A stretch of DNA of 64,000 bases from Chiloscyllium plagiosum (lineage: Eukaryota): assembly GCF_004010195.1 (NCBI RefSeq), contig NC_057719.1, positions 17,040,002 through 17,104,001 of the forward strand, given 5' to 3'. The notes beneath the pieces are model-generated. The model was given only the letters and a program-made list of their open reading frames with translations, ran no database searches and was not told the origin of the DNA. A program made the position numbers and the translations under genes. Below, piece after piece: positions 12,773-25,700 of this stretch. Position 1 is the first letter of the stretch, and each line of letters starts with the position of its first letter.

Positions 12773-13790
12773 GGGGAAAGTGAGGACTGCAGACGCTGGA
12801 GATCAGAGTTGAGAGTCTGGTGCTGGAAAAGCGCAGCAGGTCAGGCAGCATCTGAGGAGCAGGATAATTGACATTTCGGCCATAAGGCCTTCATCAGGAA
12901 TGAGGCTTGTGCGTTGGGGCTGAGGGATAAATGGGAGGGGGGGTGGGGTTAGGGAGAGGTAGCTGGGAAAGCAATAGATGGATAAAAGTGAGGGAGAAGG
13001 TGAGAGGTCAGAGGGGGCAGTGATGGACTGGTCTGGAGGGCGGTGTCGAGTTGGAGGTTTGGGACTGGGATAATGTCGGTGGGGGGAATGAGGAAGCTGT
13101 TGAAACCCACATTTATCCCGTGTGGTTGCTGGGTCCCAAGGCGGAATATGAGATGTTCCTCCTCCAGGCATCAGGTGGTAATGGTTTGGCGGTGCAGGTG
13201 GCCCTGGACCTGCATGTCCTTAATGGAACGAGAGGGGGACTGGAAGTGTTCAGCCACGGGGCAGTGGGTTTGGTGGGTGCCGGTGTCCCAGAGATGTTCT
13301 CTGAAACGATCCGTGCCCTGTCTCCCCAATGTAGAGGAGACCACACCGGGTGCAAGGGATGCAGTAGATGATATTGGTAGAGTTGCAGGTGAATTTCTGA
13401 TGGATGTGGAAGGATCCCTTGGGGCCTTGAATGGAGGTGAGGGGAGTGGTGTGGGTGCAGACTTTGCACTTCCTGCGGTGGCAGGGAATGGTACTAGGAG
13501 TGGGGTATGGGTTGGTGTGGGGGCGACGACCTGACGAGGAAGTCGTGGAGGGAATAGTCTATTTGGAACATTGATAGGGGTGGGGAGGGAAATATATCTC
13601 TGGTGGTGGGGTCTGTTTGGAGGTGGCGGAAGCGGCGGAGGATGATGCGCTGTATGCAGAGGTTGGTGGGGTGGAAGATGAGCATCAGGGGGGTTCTGTC
13701 CTTGTTGCATTGGGAGGGGTGGGGTCCAAGGACAATAGTGCGTGAAGGAGATGCACTGGGGGGCATCATCAATCACATGGGAAGGGAAGT
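12773..13790 (-). mobile_element. Penelope-like element (Neptune-type) 3' fragment
   Basis: Frameshifted ORFs: DRTPLMLIFHPTNLCIQRIILRRFRHLQTDPTTRDIFPSPP, then DRFREHL..PVAEHF. Ends in a full family A terminal repeat at 12773-12900. Confidence 0.9.
12867..12900 (-). ncRNA. Minimal hammerhead ribozyme motif (partly decayed) in a PLE terminal repeat
   Basis: Reverse complement reads TTC-CTGATGA-A-GGCC-TTAT-GGCC-GAAA-TGTC-AAT. Stem II is intact; the ACGT tetramer has decayed to ATGT. Confidence 0.6.
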
Positions 13791-14139
13791 TGATTTCAGT
13801 TACATGAAAAATTAAAGAAGCTGGGTTTGTTCTCCTTAAGTTAAGATTTGACAGAGATGCTCAATATCTTGAAGGGTTTTGGTGGAGTAAATGAAATAGG
13901 AATTGTTTCTGCTTTCAGATGAGTCTGTAAACAAAGGAAGCAGAAGTCAAATTAGGAAAACACTGTTTGTGCAGTGGGTTTGTAATCTGGAATGCAATGC
14001 CTAGAAACATAGTGAAGAGGGATACAATAATAATTTTAGAGGGTCGGAATCCCCCCCTCGTCCACCACATTTTTTAAATGTAGGAAGGATGTATTTAAAT
14101 TAGAAATGACATAGAAAAAATACTTTACAAGGGATAGGA

Positions 14140-14565
14140 GGGTATGAGTTACAAGGAGAGTCTGGATAAGCTGAGACTGTTTTCCTTGGAGTGTTGGAAG
14201 CTAAGGGGTGACCTAATAAAATCATGAGGGGCGTAGGTAAGATGAATAGCCAATGTTTTCTTCCTAGGGGAGGGGAGTCCAAAACTAGAGGGCAGAGATT
14301 TAAGGTGAGAGGGGAAAGATTTGAAAGGAACCCAAGGGGCAGCTTTTTCACACAGAGGAAGGTGAGTGTCTGGAATGAACTGCAAAAGGAAGTGGTAGAG
14401 TCTGGTACAATTACAACATTTAAAAAACATTTGGACAGATATATGGATATGGAGGGAAATGGGCCAAATGCAAGCCAATGGAACTAGTTCGGTTTAGGAA
14501 ACATGGTCAGCATGGATGAGTTGGACAGAAGGGTCTGTTACTGTGATGTATGACTCTATGATTCT
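14140..14565 (+). mobile_element. CR1/HER1-type LINE 3' fragment
   Basis: ORF 14224-14487 reads SKTRGQRFKVRGERF..FFTQRKVSVWNEL..FKKHLDRYM; tail TATGACTCTATGATTCT. Confidence 0.9.
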
Positions 14566-15544
14566 AGAACTTAATGTTAAGTTAGTTAAGTATCGAAAAA
14601 AGAGAGACAAAATGTTGATTTATGAACAGCCACATGAGGAAAAAAATGAGGAAAGCCACCCGGGTAGGATTCCGCATTGTTGAGAAGATGCCAGTGTTGT
14701 GGTTGTGCTGGGAATGTAGAGTTCTTCACAAATCTCTCCTGCCCCAGCTGGTTTCTTATTTTACCACAGCCTTCAGCTACCCCCTCCTGCAACCTTCAAT
14801 AAGCCCTCTGTTCCCAGAGTGTCCATATGCGTGACACTGCAGCCGACCAGGCAAAAGGCCAGACTGGGAAGATTCTAAAGTTGGGTCCTTGTAGCTCGCT
14901 TGTTCAGTGGGAGTTTGCAGATTAAGAAAGTTGAGAGTAACCTACAGAGCTCTCGCTTTCTGAAAATCATCTTCATCTTTAATAATCTGTAGATTTAGTA
15001 CCCAGATTCTGGAGGCATTATCTTTTTACCTTTCTTTTAAATATTGAGGACACAATAGTAAAAATTCTGATTGATTATTTCCTCCACTTGGTAGACATGG
15101 GGAATAGATCTTCCAATATTCCTGGCAAATTTATCTCAGAGTACCAAAGAAGGCTAAGTTCAGAAGATTTGTGAAGCATTGACAAGCATTGTGAGAGAGT
15201 CACTGGACGTTAAGACCTACTATATATAAGAAATAGTACGATATCATGTGTTCATTCTGCAAATGAGTAACAAATCAAACTTGGTGCCCATTTACCCTTA
15301 CTCCAAACTCATGTAAAATAATAGAAATCATTAAAATTGATTATCTATGTTACTGATTTCTATTGAAGACAATCATGCCTGACCAATCCTCTTATTTTTT
15401 AGCTCTTGGGGATCAGTGGTGCTAATGTAACTAGCTTGGACTCAGAAATTCAATGTAAGATGATTGAATTTTCAGATTGCATCAAATTAGAGGAAATTAT
15501 AAAGTTGAAGGAGACAGCTCAGCAGTGCTGAATAAACTGGTCAA

Positions 15545-16740
15545 AACAAACTTGACTACAGCTCCACCTTCAACACTATGATTCCAAACAAACTCATCTC
15601 CAAACTCTGAGACCCAGAACTCGGCTCCCCCTTCTGTAACTGGATTCTCGACTTCCTGACCCATGGACTGCAATCAGTAAGAATAGGCGACAATACCTCC
15701 ACCCCGTTAATCCTCAACATCAGTGCCCCACCAGAGTGCGTACCCAGCCCCCTACTATACTCCTTACTATCTCACCACCTTGTGGCCAAATTCTGCTCCA
15801 ACTCCATTTACGAGTTAAAAAGGTAAAAACAATGACTGCAGATGCTGGAAACCAGAATCTGGATTAGTGGTGCTGGAAGAGCACAGCAGTTCAGGCAGCA
15901 TCCAAGGAGCTAACGACACCACCACCATCAGATCGCAAACAATGATGAGACAGAGTACAGGAAAGAGATAAAGTGTCTAGCGACATTGTGTAAAGACAAA
16001 AGTCTCTCCATCAATGTCAGCAAAATGAAGGAGCTAGTCATTGACTTCAGGAAGTGCATTGGAAGGCATACCTCTGTCTGCATCAATGGCGTTGAGATGG
16101 AGATGATCTATACTGTCAAGTTCCTGAGAGTGACAAGCAACAACAATCTGTCCTGACACACCCACGTCAATACGATAGTCAAGAAAGCACAACACCTTTA
16201 CATCCTCAGGAGGCTAAGGAAATTTAGCAAGTCCACAAAGACTCTGACCAAAATGTATTAATGCACCGTAGAAAGCATCCTATATAGATGCATCACAGCG
16301 TAGTTTGGCAATTGCTCTGTAGGGAACTACAGAGAGTCATGAACACAGCCATGTCTATCATGCACACCAGCCTTCCATTCATTGACATCATCTGTACTTC
16401 CCACTGCCCTGGGAAATCAACCAACATAATCAAAGACTCCTCCCACCTCGTATATACTCTCTTCCACTCTCTTCTGCTGGGCAGAAGATAGAAAAGTGTG
16501 AATACACATACAAACAGATTCAAGAACAACTTCCTCCCCGCTGTTATCAGACTATTGAATGGACCTTTCAAATGTTAATGCTGAAATCTCTCTCTGCATC
16601 TTCTCTGCAGCTGGAACACTGTATTCTGCACTCTGTTCTGCTACCTGATGCACTTTTGTATGATACGATCTGCAAAACAACATTTTTCATTGTATTTTAG
16701 TTCATGTGACACCAATAAATCAAATCAAATTAAATCAAAA
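15545..16740 (+). mobile_element. Rex1/Babar-clade LINE, 5'-truncated and decayed
   Basis: Translation fragments DYSSTFNTMIPNKLISKL, LCNWILDFLT-like, GAPQGCVLSPLLYSL-like and KTKELVIDFRK-like; ends in an (AAATC)n tail at about 16718-16740. Confidence 0.85.
15817..15908 (-). mobile_element. Family A-related short element inserted in the Rex1 RT catalytic motif
   Basis: ACTGCAGATGCTGGAAACCAG..GTGCTGGAAGAGCACAGCAGTTCAGGCAGCATCC interrupts the FADD-equivalent codons (TACGAGTT | GCTAACGACACC). Confidence 0.7.
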
Positions 16741-16994
16741 TACATAATGCAGAACAATGGTCGTCTGCCAATCATTGTCCTCATCACCCAGCAGGTGTAA
16801 CAGGTTAAAATCAGAACCTGTGGGAAGAGGAGAATCATGGCAAATAACAATTTAATACAGAATAATATAAATTCCACGCAGAAGAATTAGTGCAGATTTC
16901 TCCTTCTGCACAAGTATTGCTTGAATAGTAATGGTCAAAATTGAAAGAGTCTGATGAGTCACAATTGGTTAAAATTGTCTGGGCACTGTAGACG

Positions 16995-17287
16995 AGTCAT
17001 AAAGTCATAAAGTCATAGAGGTGTACAGCATGGAAACAGACTCTTCAGTCCAACTCGACAATGCTGACCAGATATCCCAACCCAATCTAGTCCCACCTGC
17101 CAACACCCGGCCCATATCCCTCCAAACCCTTTCTATTCACATACCCATCCAGATGCCTTTTGAATGTTGCAATTGTACTAGCCTCCACCACTCCTTCTGG
17201 CAGCTCATTCCATACATGTACCACCCTCTGAGTGAAAAAGTTGCCCCTTAGGTCTCTTTTATATCTTTCCCCTCTCACCCTAAACCT
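16995..17287 (-). mobile_element. CR1/HER1-type LINE 3' end
   Basis: ORF 17087-17278 reads RGNFFTQRVVHVWNELPE..FKRHLDGY; the tail is AGTCATAAAGTCATAAAGTCATAGAG. Confidence 0.9.
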
Positions 17288-19119
17288 GATGAATAAAACA
17301 CTAAACCTTGGAGTCTAAACAGGAGAACACAAAGCCCCAATTAATCAGAGAGGGAGGTGCTGAGAAGGAGGTGCTGAGAAGGGTACAAAATATGACAATC
17401 TGGAACCCAGGAAATTTAAAAACCCTAACCCCATCTGTGCAGCACCCGCCCGTCTCCTATGGGATAAAATGTCAAGTGCCAGCAAACCATCACGAAGATG
17501 AGAAGGAATGTCCCCAGTGTTGAGGTAACAGTGAGGAGTTGTGAGGGCCTTGGTGGCCTGGAGCTGAGGGGAGTGAAATGCCCAGACCAAAAAAGGGCTT
17601 CAGCACTCTCTAAACTTGCAATCTATCTTTCTTCCTTTGCTTCATCGCTTTATTTTTTCCTCAGTGCTGGAACAACCTTTCCATAAATCTCCCAAAAAAC
17701 AATTATCAGAAATATACACAAAATGGGCAAAATGTTTTGTCTTCCTACACAAATGTTTTTAGACTGTCAATCAAACACGGAAAATGTGCTCCACGATATC
17801 AACGTGAATTGGAAGATAGTAGGATCATTTTCACTTAAGTGTATAGTTTTTTTTCTTGCTCTGTGTACACAGCACACTCATATACAGCACATTAATGTTC
17901 CCATTCTCACCTCTGAAATTGTTCATGGTTGCTCTGTTCATTTAACTGGTGGCGGTATCTCATTATTCATTCATTGTCAAAGAATTGCCAGAGTAAATGT
18001 CATCCTGTACTCCTAAATTCTTTATGCTTTGTTGAACTGTCCTATTAAAACACCATTCTATGCTATGAATTTGTTTTGCTAGTGCAGTACAAGTCAATTA
18101 ATAGACACTTTGTTAGTGGGTGTGTTTGTTTAAAGGAAACTGTTTGATCCAACAAAAACAATTGTCATCTGTTTGGAACTGCACGCTTCAGACAAACGTG
18201 TCTTTGAAGGAAATGATTGCTCACACTGCCCTCTTTAAAGAAGGTTGTGAAATCCTGCACTCAACGATGCTACCCCAAGCCCCTAGCTGGTTCCTTATTT
18301 GACTGCAGCCTTCAACAACCGCCCCTGCTCCCAAGATCTACAAATGCTGCTCAGTGCAGCTCACAATGACCAATAAAACACCAAACTGGGAGAATTATTA
18401 AAGCTGGGTTTTCAGAGGTTAGCTAGCTTATTCAGTGGGTGTTGAGGGGATAGGAAATTCTGAATTAACTCACCTCTTTTCTCTGAATATCATCTTTATC
18501 CACCTTATCCTATTTATAAAACTGATATTTCACCTCTCACTTTAAGTCTTATCTGCAACCCACATAATTTACTGATCAGGCAGTCTCAAGAGGCCTAATA
18601 GTAATGGAGATACAAATCTCTGGTTTGAAATGCCTTTCATTTAGTTTGATTTAAGTTGGATATCTAGAAGTAAAATTTCACTCCTTGAAGATGACAATGG
18701 AGCTAACTTTCTGCAGGACCCATGATGGGGATAGATCGAAATCAAGGAGGTAGATAAATTTATCCTTGGCCACAGATGGGTAAGGATGGCCCAGCATCAT
18801 ACAATAATTGACTATTTATCTTGCCTCTCTGGGAAGCAATCCTTAGCCACCTCTTGACACCATACCAAGATGATAGCTCATCTCACAATGTCTCAATATC
18901 ATATAACAGCAGGTTTTAAGGATCAGTATCTGTTATTCATGGGAGATTTCACTGTTAACTTATTTACAGGTGCTCCATTTGGTTCTGTTGAGGTTTGGAT
19001 GCAATCTTGTGAACATTGACCATCTGTGCAGTCCAGGAGCTGCTGGGATGATGTCAATGCTCAGCAACTGTTACTTATGCCACAATTAATTGTCAATTCG
19101 GTTCAGTTGAAAACCTTCT

Positions 19120-19800
19120 TGCTTCAGAGTCAGGGAGTTTCATATTTAACCAGGATAATCGGGTGCAGTACTAAAAAGGTACAGTAATGTTAGCAGAGCC
19201 GTCTTTTAATCAGAGGTCTCACTACTTATTTAGAGGACAAAGTTAAAAATCACATACTACCAGGTTAGAGTCCAACAGGTATATTTGGCAGCACTAGCAT
19301 TTGGAGCGCTGCTCCTTCAGGTGGTTATGAAGCAGAACCATCAGACACAGAATTTAAAGCAGAATTCTGCTTCACAACCACCTGATGAAGGAGCAGCGCT
19401 CAGAAAGCTAGTGCTTCCAAATAAACCTGTTGGACTATAACCTGGTGTTGTATGATTTTTAACTTTGTCCACCCTAGTCCAACATCTGCTCCTCCACATT
19501 ATGGCTACTTATTTAGATGGATGGGAAAGTTAGCAAAGACTTTTTTTTTTGATGAAGACCGAGGGAATTATCCCTTGTGTCCTGTCCAATAATTATCCTC
19601 CAATCAACATCAACAAACTAACTAAAAGATTTCCTTGTCATCATACTATTTCTTTTTGTGGGAGCTCCCTGCATGCAAATTGGCTACCACATTGCTGACA
19701 TTCAGCAGTGGTGATATTCAGAAAAGTAGTTAACTGACTGTAAAGTACTTTGGGTATATGAGTTCATGGAAGATGCTACGTAAACATAAGTTTCATTTTG
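19120..19800 (+). mobile_element. Deu-domain SINE (SacSINE1/AmnSINE1-like), old, interrupted by 19235-19504
   Basis: GTGCAGTACT..GCCGTCTTT and GGGAATTATCCCTTGTGTCCTGTCCAATAATTATCCTCCAATCAACATC resemble the Deu domain, followed by an L2-like tail (TGTAAAGTACTTTGGG). Confidence 0.55.
19235..19504. mobile_element. Fold-back short element, family B, with hammerhead motif
   Basis: Inverted arms at about 19235-19337 and 19365-19470; 13-bp TSD CTACTTATTTAGA at 19222-19234 and 19505-19517; motif CAC-CTGATGA-AGGAGCAGCGCTCA-GAAAGCTA-GTG at 19379-19413. Confidence 0.85.
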
Positions 19801-20324
19801 AGCCAATACAGCAGTAATACTGCGAGTGTGAGTGAATCTCAATTCAGCACCAACATTCTGTCCTTCGCATTGACCTGAGCACAGACTGCTCAGTAACAAG
19901 CCAAATTCAACCTGGGTTGACATATCCAGGCGCAGCTTAAAATACTCTTCAATTCATTTATCGCTTCTTTTTGTAAAAAAGGTACCACGGTGTGCAGGAA
20001 TATTAAAAGCTACGTTGCATCCCTTTGTGGAGTAAAAGTATACGTTAATTCTTTTAACATTGAACTTAACAATAAAAATAAGGGGTTCAATATATTCATG
20101 CAGATGGCACAGTCTCAGAGTTAAGGGATGCCAATTTAAGACTGAGATGAAGGGGAATTTTTTTCTCTCGGAGGGCTGTGAGTCTTTATACCTCCTGAGG
20201 TTCTGGTAATGGTAATGGGGTTCAGGCTGCAGGGAGCAGAGTACTTGTGTATATTTAAGGCTGAGACAGACACATTCTTGACCAGTAGGGGAATCAAGGG
20301 TTATGAGCAATCTGGCGAAAAAAG

Positions 20325-20675
20325 AATCATGAGGGGCATGGATAGGGTGAATAGCCAAGGTTATTTTCCTGGGGTGGGGGAGTCCAAAACTTGAGGGCAC
20401 AGGTTTAAGGTGAGAGCAGAAAGATTTAAAAGGGACCTAAGGAGTAACCTTTACAAAAGGTGTGTGGCATGAGCTGCCACAGGAAGTGGTGCAGGCTGGT
20501 ACAATTAGAACATTTAAAAGACATCTGGATGGGTATATGAATAGGAAGGGTTTAAAGGGATATGGGCCAAGTGCTGACAAATGGGACCAGATTCATTTAG
20601 GATATCTAGTCAGCACAGATGGTTGGACAGAAAGGTCTGTTTCTGTGCTGTATATCTCTATGACTATGACTCCAT
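20325..20675 (+). mobile_element. CR1/HER1-type 3' end nested in an older CR1 tail (about 20100-20770)
   Basis: IMRGMDRVNSQGYFPGVGESKT and WHELPQEVV..FKRHLDGYM; tail CTCTATGACTATGACTC. Confidence 0.85.
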
Positions 20676-21449
20676 GAATGATGAAGCAGCTATGACCCTA
20701 TCTAATGGTAGAGCAGCCTCAAGGGGCCGAATGGCTTACTCCTGTTCCTATTACTTATGATCTTATGGTTTTATAAACCTGGATCCAAATGCCCTAAATG
20801 GTGCTTGAGTACACCAGATTTACTTGAAGGAAGTTCTTTACATGGTATGGTAGTGTAATGCACATGGTATTTTGTGAGCAGCCCAGAGGTTTGAAAGTTG
20901 TATTCCCTACAGTCCATTGTGAATATTAATCACTTTGCTGTAGTCCTACTGTCTCATTACAGAGAGATGACTGGTGGTGATTTAACTGAGGGTCTTCATG
21001 CTTCATGGCAGTAGAGAGAGACTGAGGAGAGTCCTTTGTGAGACCTCAACCAGTATAACTTCAGCCAGATGGCTGGTTTGCTCTGTTAGCCGGCTGATTG
21101 GTTTGTGATGCCAAGTGATACCTGTGGCGCTGTTTCAATTCCCGTACTGGCTGAGGTTATCATGCATGTCCCACCTTCTTGACCTCATCCCTTGCCTGAG
21201 GCGTGGTACCCGTCAGGTTAAATCCAATGCCAGTTGTTGCTCTCTAATGAGAGTAGCTCTGACACTGCGGTGACTTTACTTTTGCTTTATTATTCGCTTG
21301 TGGCGTTGTACAAACCATACTTCACACACTTCGCCACATCATTCAGGCTGGCCTTCCAATGCATGTGGAAGGAATACTGAGGGACCATGTGACCAGCATA
21401 ACCAAAAGGTTAAGATGCAGAAAGCAGCCATTTGGCCCATGACCTCTGC

Positions 21450-21852
21450 CCTGGCCCTCACGTACCAGCAGATTCAAGATCAGCTTCTTTCTCACTGTTA
21501 TTAGACTTCTGAGTGGACCTCTCAAATTTTAGATTTAATGTCGATCTCATTCTTTGGGCACCTTCTCTGCAGCCGTTATATTGTATTCCTTGCTCTTTTC
21601 TATTACCCTTATGCACTTTGTATTGCATAATCTGTCCTGATGAAGGGCTTATGCCCGAAATGTCGATTCACCTGTTCCTCGGATGCTGCCTGACCTGCTG
21701 TGCTTTTCCAGCACCACACTCTCGACTCTGATCTCCAGCATCTGCAGTCCTCACTTTCTCCCAGTATGATCTGTCTGTACTGCATGCAAAACAAAATGTT
21801 TTAATGCACTAGGTACATGTAATGTAAGAAATCAACTCAAATCAAATCAAAA
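21450..21852 (+). mobile_element. Rex1-type 3' tail fragment containing a family A insertion
   Basis: Matches the 16505-16740 tail (CAGATTCAAG..CTGTTATTAGACT..TGCATGCAAAACAA..AAATC repeats). Confidence 0.75.
21637..21762 (+). mobile_element. Family A short element beginning at the hammerhead core
   Basis: CTGATGA-A-GGGC-TTAT-GCCC-GAAA-TGTC at 21637-21664; TSD-like 21625-21636 / 21764-21775 (10 of 12 match). The empty site is visible in the Rex1 tail copy at about 40965-41000. Confidence 0.85.
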
Positions 21853-21879
21853 TCCTTCTGTCTTTTTGCCCAAAACCCA

Positions 21880-22740
21880 GCATGTTGCTTCTATTTAAAT
21901 AATCATTGTATAGCACTTTGAACACGTCAACTGAACCTGCCTCCATCATATTTCCAGGCAGTACATTCCAAATCCTAACGACTCGTTGTGTGAAAAACTT
22001 ATTTCTTCCCCTTTTTTTGTAAAATAATATAAAAACATGTCCTTCGGCTCTCGATCCTTTTCAAAATGGCAGCTTTCTCCTCTCCAAGGCAAGCAGTCCC
22101 AACTTCTCCAATCTACCCTTCCAACTGAAAGTTTCCTAACTCAGGAAACAATTTTGCAAATCTCTTCTGCACACTCTGCAATGAAATCACCTCTGCGTAA
22201 AGTATGCCCACAACTGTACAGAATATTCCAGCTGAAATCTAATCAGTGTCTTATATAAATACCTCATAACATCCTTGTTTGCATGTTCAATGCTCCTATT
22301 TATGAAGCTTAGAATACTGTCTGCTCTATTGTCAGCTTTCTCTACCTGCCCTGCCACCTTTCATGACTATTGTACATATACAGCCAGGTCTCTGCTTCAA
22401 CAAACCTTCCAGGTACTTGGTATTTTATACTGACTCCATACTCTTTATGCCAAAGCCAGTCACCATCCACTTCTGAACTCTGAACTTCATCTGCTACCTA
22501 TTATTCCACTCCACAAACATGTCAATCTTGTTTTGATGTTCTGTGCTGTCCTACTGCCAGTTTTGTGTGTCATTCGCAAACTTTGAAACTGTCTCCTACA
22601 CACCAAGATCTAGACCATTAGCGAAAACAAACCTCCCGATAGTAGCCCTGGGGTCCTCCATTACAGACTTCAGCCTGTTCGAAAAATGTCCAATGACCAT
22701 TACTTTCTGTTTCCTATCCCTCAGCCAATTCTGTATCCAC
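21880..22740 (-). mobile_element. Old CR1-clade LINE relic
   Basis: Antisense CR1 motifs such as AACGACTCGTTGTGTGAAAAA (FFTQRVV) and GCCCACAACTGTACAGAATATTCCAGCTG (QLEYSVQLWA). Confidence 0.65.
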
Positions 22741-25700
22741 AATCTCATGAGATGTTAGAATTAGGTTCCATCTGGCTCTGAGGCTCTGAGACTCTGGCAC
22801 CAATTCTATCTGCCCACAAGTGATATTTAAACCATCCATTCAGAACATGTACATAACACTTACTAGAATGGTTTTTGAACCCTTTCCCACCATCAATTTT
22901 CAAAACATGCCCTGTAAAAGAAATGGCTGAAAATACCTTTCTGTGCTCTGATTCATCACTCAATGTGGTCAAGAATTGATATCCTCTACCCTTGCTCTCT
23001 CTCCCTACTCTGACCTCTCATCAACTTGCTAGCCAGTTTATCCCCAAGTATTACCAATGCTTTAGGACTGGTCTCCTGATGTTAAAGTCCGGAATACTGG
23101 AGAGATCTCTGGAGAAAATCACAACAGCATTAAAAACATATGTCCTGAGGATAAATAATGAACCTCTTGGCTCCACTTGTATACCCCTGTGAGTCCAGAA
23201 GCCGGCACTAATAGGTTCAGCCCTTCAATGTCTCAAATCAGATATGCACATTTTTCACACCACTCTATTCCCACATGTCACACTGACATGAAGAAATTGA
23301 ACTCTGAATTTTTCTGACGGACGTCTGTGATGCCTGTGAAGCTGAATTTGTACTACTTTTACAAAATTTTCACTTTTTTTTTATTGTGTTCCATTAACCT
23401 TTACAATTATCCTTTAAACCTGTTTACTTATTTTCAGGACTTCTGCGCACTGATTCCAAAATCTCTTGCCCCTCCACAGTTTCTAGCTTCTTACCACCTA
23501 AAGGATTCTCCAATCTATCTTTCCGAGGTCGAAGGCAAATGATGGATTTTGATTTGCTCGCAATTAGTCACTCAACGAATTGATTGGTTATTTTAAAAGC
23601 CGGGTGCTTATTTCAGCCAATTGAAGCTTGTTGTCCCATAACTTTGTGGTGTTCTTGTGGTGTGACGCCCTGAAGTGTAACATTTTTGAGGCTGCAATTT
23701 CAGGTGTGGCTGCTTTGAAAGGCAGGACGTGACAGATGCACACGAGATGCAAGTCTTTTTAATTGTTCAAATGTTGTTTTTCATCTTTATTTCAGTCCAT
23801 TTTTGTGGTGGCATTAGTGGTTGAAACTATTTTCCTTGGTGGTCCACTGGGGGATATACATCTGCACCAAGCGCTGGTGGTCCATTGATGGATATGCATC
23901 CAAGCCCCTGGAGTCTAGTAATAGGTATGCATCCAAGTCTCCAAGGAGGTCTAGTTGTGGGTACGGCTCCAAATTCCTGGTGGTCTGGTGACAGTCTGCC
24001 TCTGACTCAGTGCCAATATCATAAAAAGATCTCTTTTCAACAAGTGTTACAGTAAACAACGTCTCGGGATTGAAGGACTATGCTCCTAACCTGGAATCTG
24101 AAAATACTAGAGGTGCACACCTGATGTGCTAGCATGGAGCAATGACAGGTTTGTTCCTTAGAACTTGCATCAGTTCTAGCACATCCTGAAGCATTAACAT
24201 GTCACTTTTCTTTACAGATGTCGACTAACCTTTTTATCATTTGCTGTTTTTATTACAGATTTCCAGCAATTTGTGCTTTTTGTTTCAGTTTTTTTATAGA
24301 AGATCTATGTTTGGGGTAGGCTCATTATGTCACCTTGATGGACAGATAAAAATCTTGTGCAGAAACAGTAAGTAACACTGCAAAGAAATGGAAACCAAGA
24401 ATTGTTTCGAAACAAAAAGCAGCACAGAAGTTTTCCTCTGCCTATTTCTGAGGAGGGAAATTAAACAACATCCACTCCCAAACAGCAGGAAAAAGCTGAC
24501 AGTTACTGTGGATTAGCAGTTGTCTGCTGATTTCAATGAATGCACACACTATAAAATGGGTTAGTGGTGTTTGCATTTATTGCTGTGAGGCCAGCACTTG
24601 AGTGCACAATTGTATTGGTGACAAAGATCGTACATGCACATTTAAAAACATATACAAGCCCAACGTAATGTATGTACTTTATAACTGTCGTGGCACAGAC
24701 AGAGTACAAGTAGCGAAAATCTCCGGTATGGTAAAATTGGACTGCAGGATGAATGTGATGCGTTTGTATGTGCATTTCTTAACAAGAATATTGCATGCAG
24801 TTTGACATACTGATCATGCAGCCTAACTCTAAAGGGGAAGTCTCCTCTTTCCACTGTAACTTGAGAAATAAATAACATACTATCTTCGTTTAACAGGACT
24901 CAGAACATATAGGATAAGGATCAATGATGACATTAAAAAGACCCAGAGCTGTCGTGATGGGAAGCATGGATGAACTCAAATTATTTAATCCATTAATCAA
25001 ACCAAAATCGATAAGCACTCATGATTTATTGATTGCTAAGGTCTTATAATCAGCAGACTCCCCCAGCGATCAAATGCTTACAGGATGTTTACTGTGGATA
25101 AATGGACCATGGTTACAGGAAGACAGACCAGGAGTAGGGCAATGAATAATGTAGTTACCTGCAGCTCAGAAATCCCATCTCCAATGTGTTCTCTGTGCGA
25201 GGGCCAACTGCAGGTTAAGTGCCCAGAAGTGGCTTATTGCAGGTCACACCATTACCAGGCTTAGTGCTCGGCAGGCAGATGGAGAGAGGGCAAACATTAT
25301 GTCCATCACCTACTGAAAAAAAATGCTGGTGTACTCTATTATTTTTGTATGGACCAACTGTTTGGGCTTTGCATTAATTACTGCTCAGTCACCATACTAC
25401 AACACAGAATGGATACTTCCCACATATAGAAACAAATCAACAAACTTATCTACTTGATATAAAAATAGCTGAAAGCCCTGCTATTGTCAGAACAGCACTT
25501 CTACTGTGCTCCGAAACAAAATATCACTTGTCGCGTGGCATGTCCAATAACATGAGAAAGAACTTTGTGGGCCACTAGGGCTGGAAGAGAGCGATGGGAG
25601 CTTGCGTGTCAATTTGGCAACTCTCCTGATTTATTTTTCATGGACAAAAGTAGAAATAAAAGATGCAGTCATGTAACATAGGCTGCCAAGTCATTATCAC

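Noticed and set aside
13171..13776. 201-aa proline-rich ORF
   Set aside because: It is a frameshifted reading of the decayed PLE fragment.
24530..24880. Overlapping short ORFs as a host exon
   Set aside because: No recognisable protein similarity and no convincing splice-site pair.
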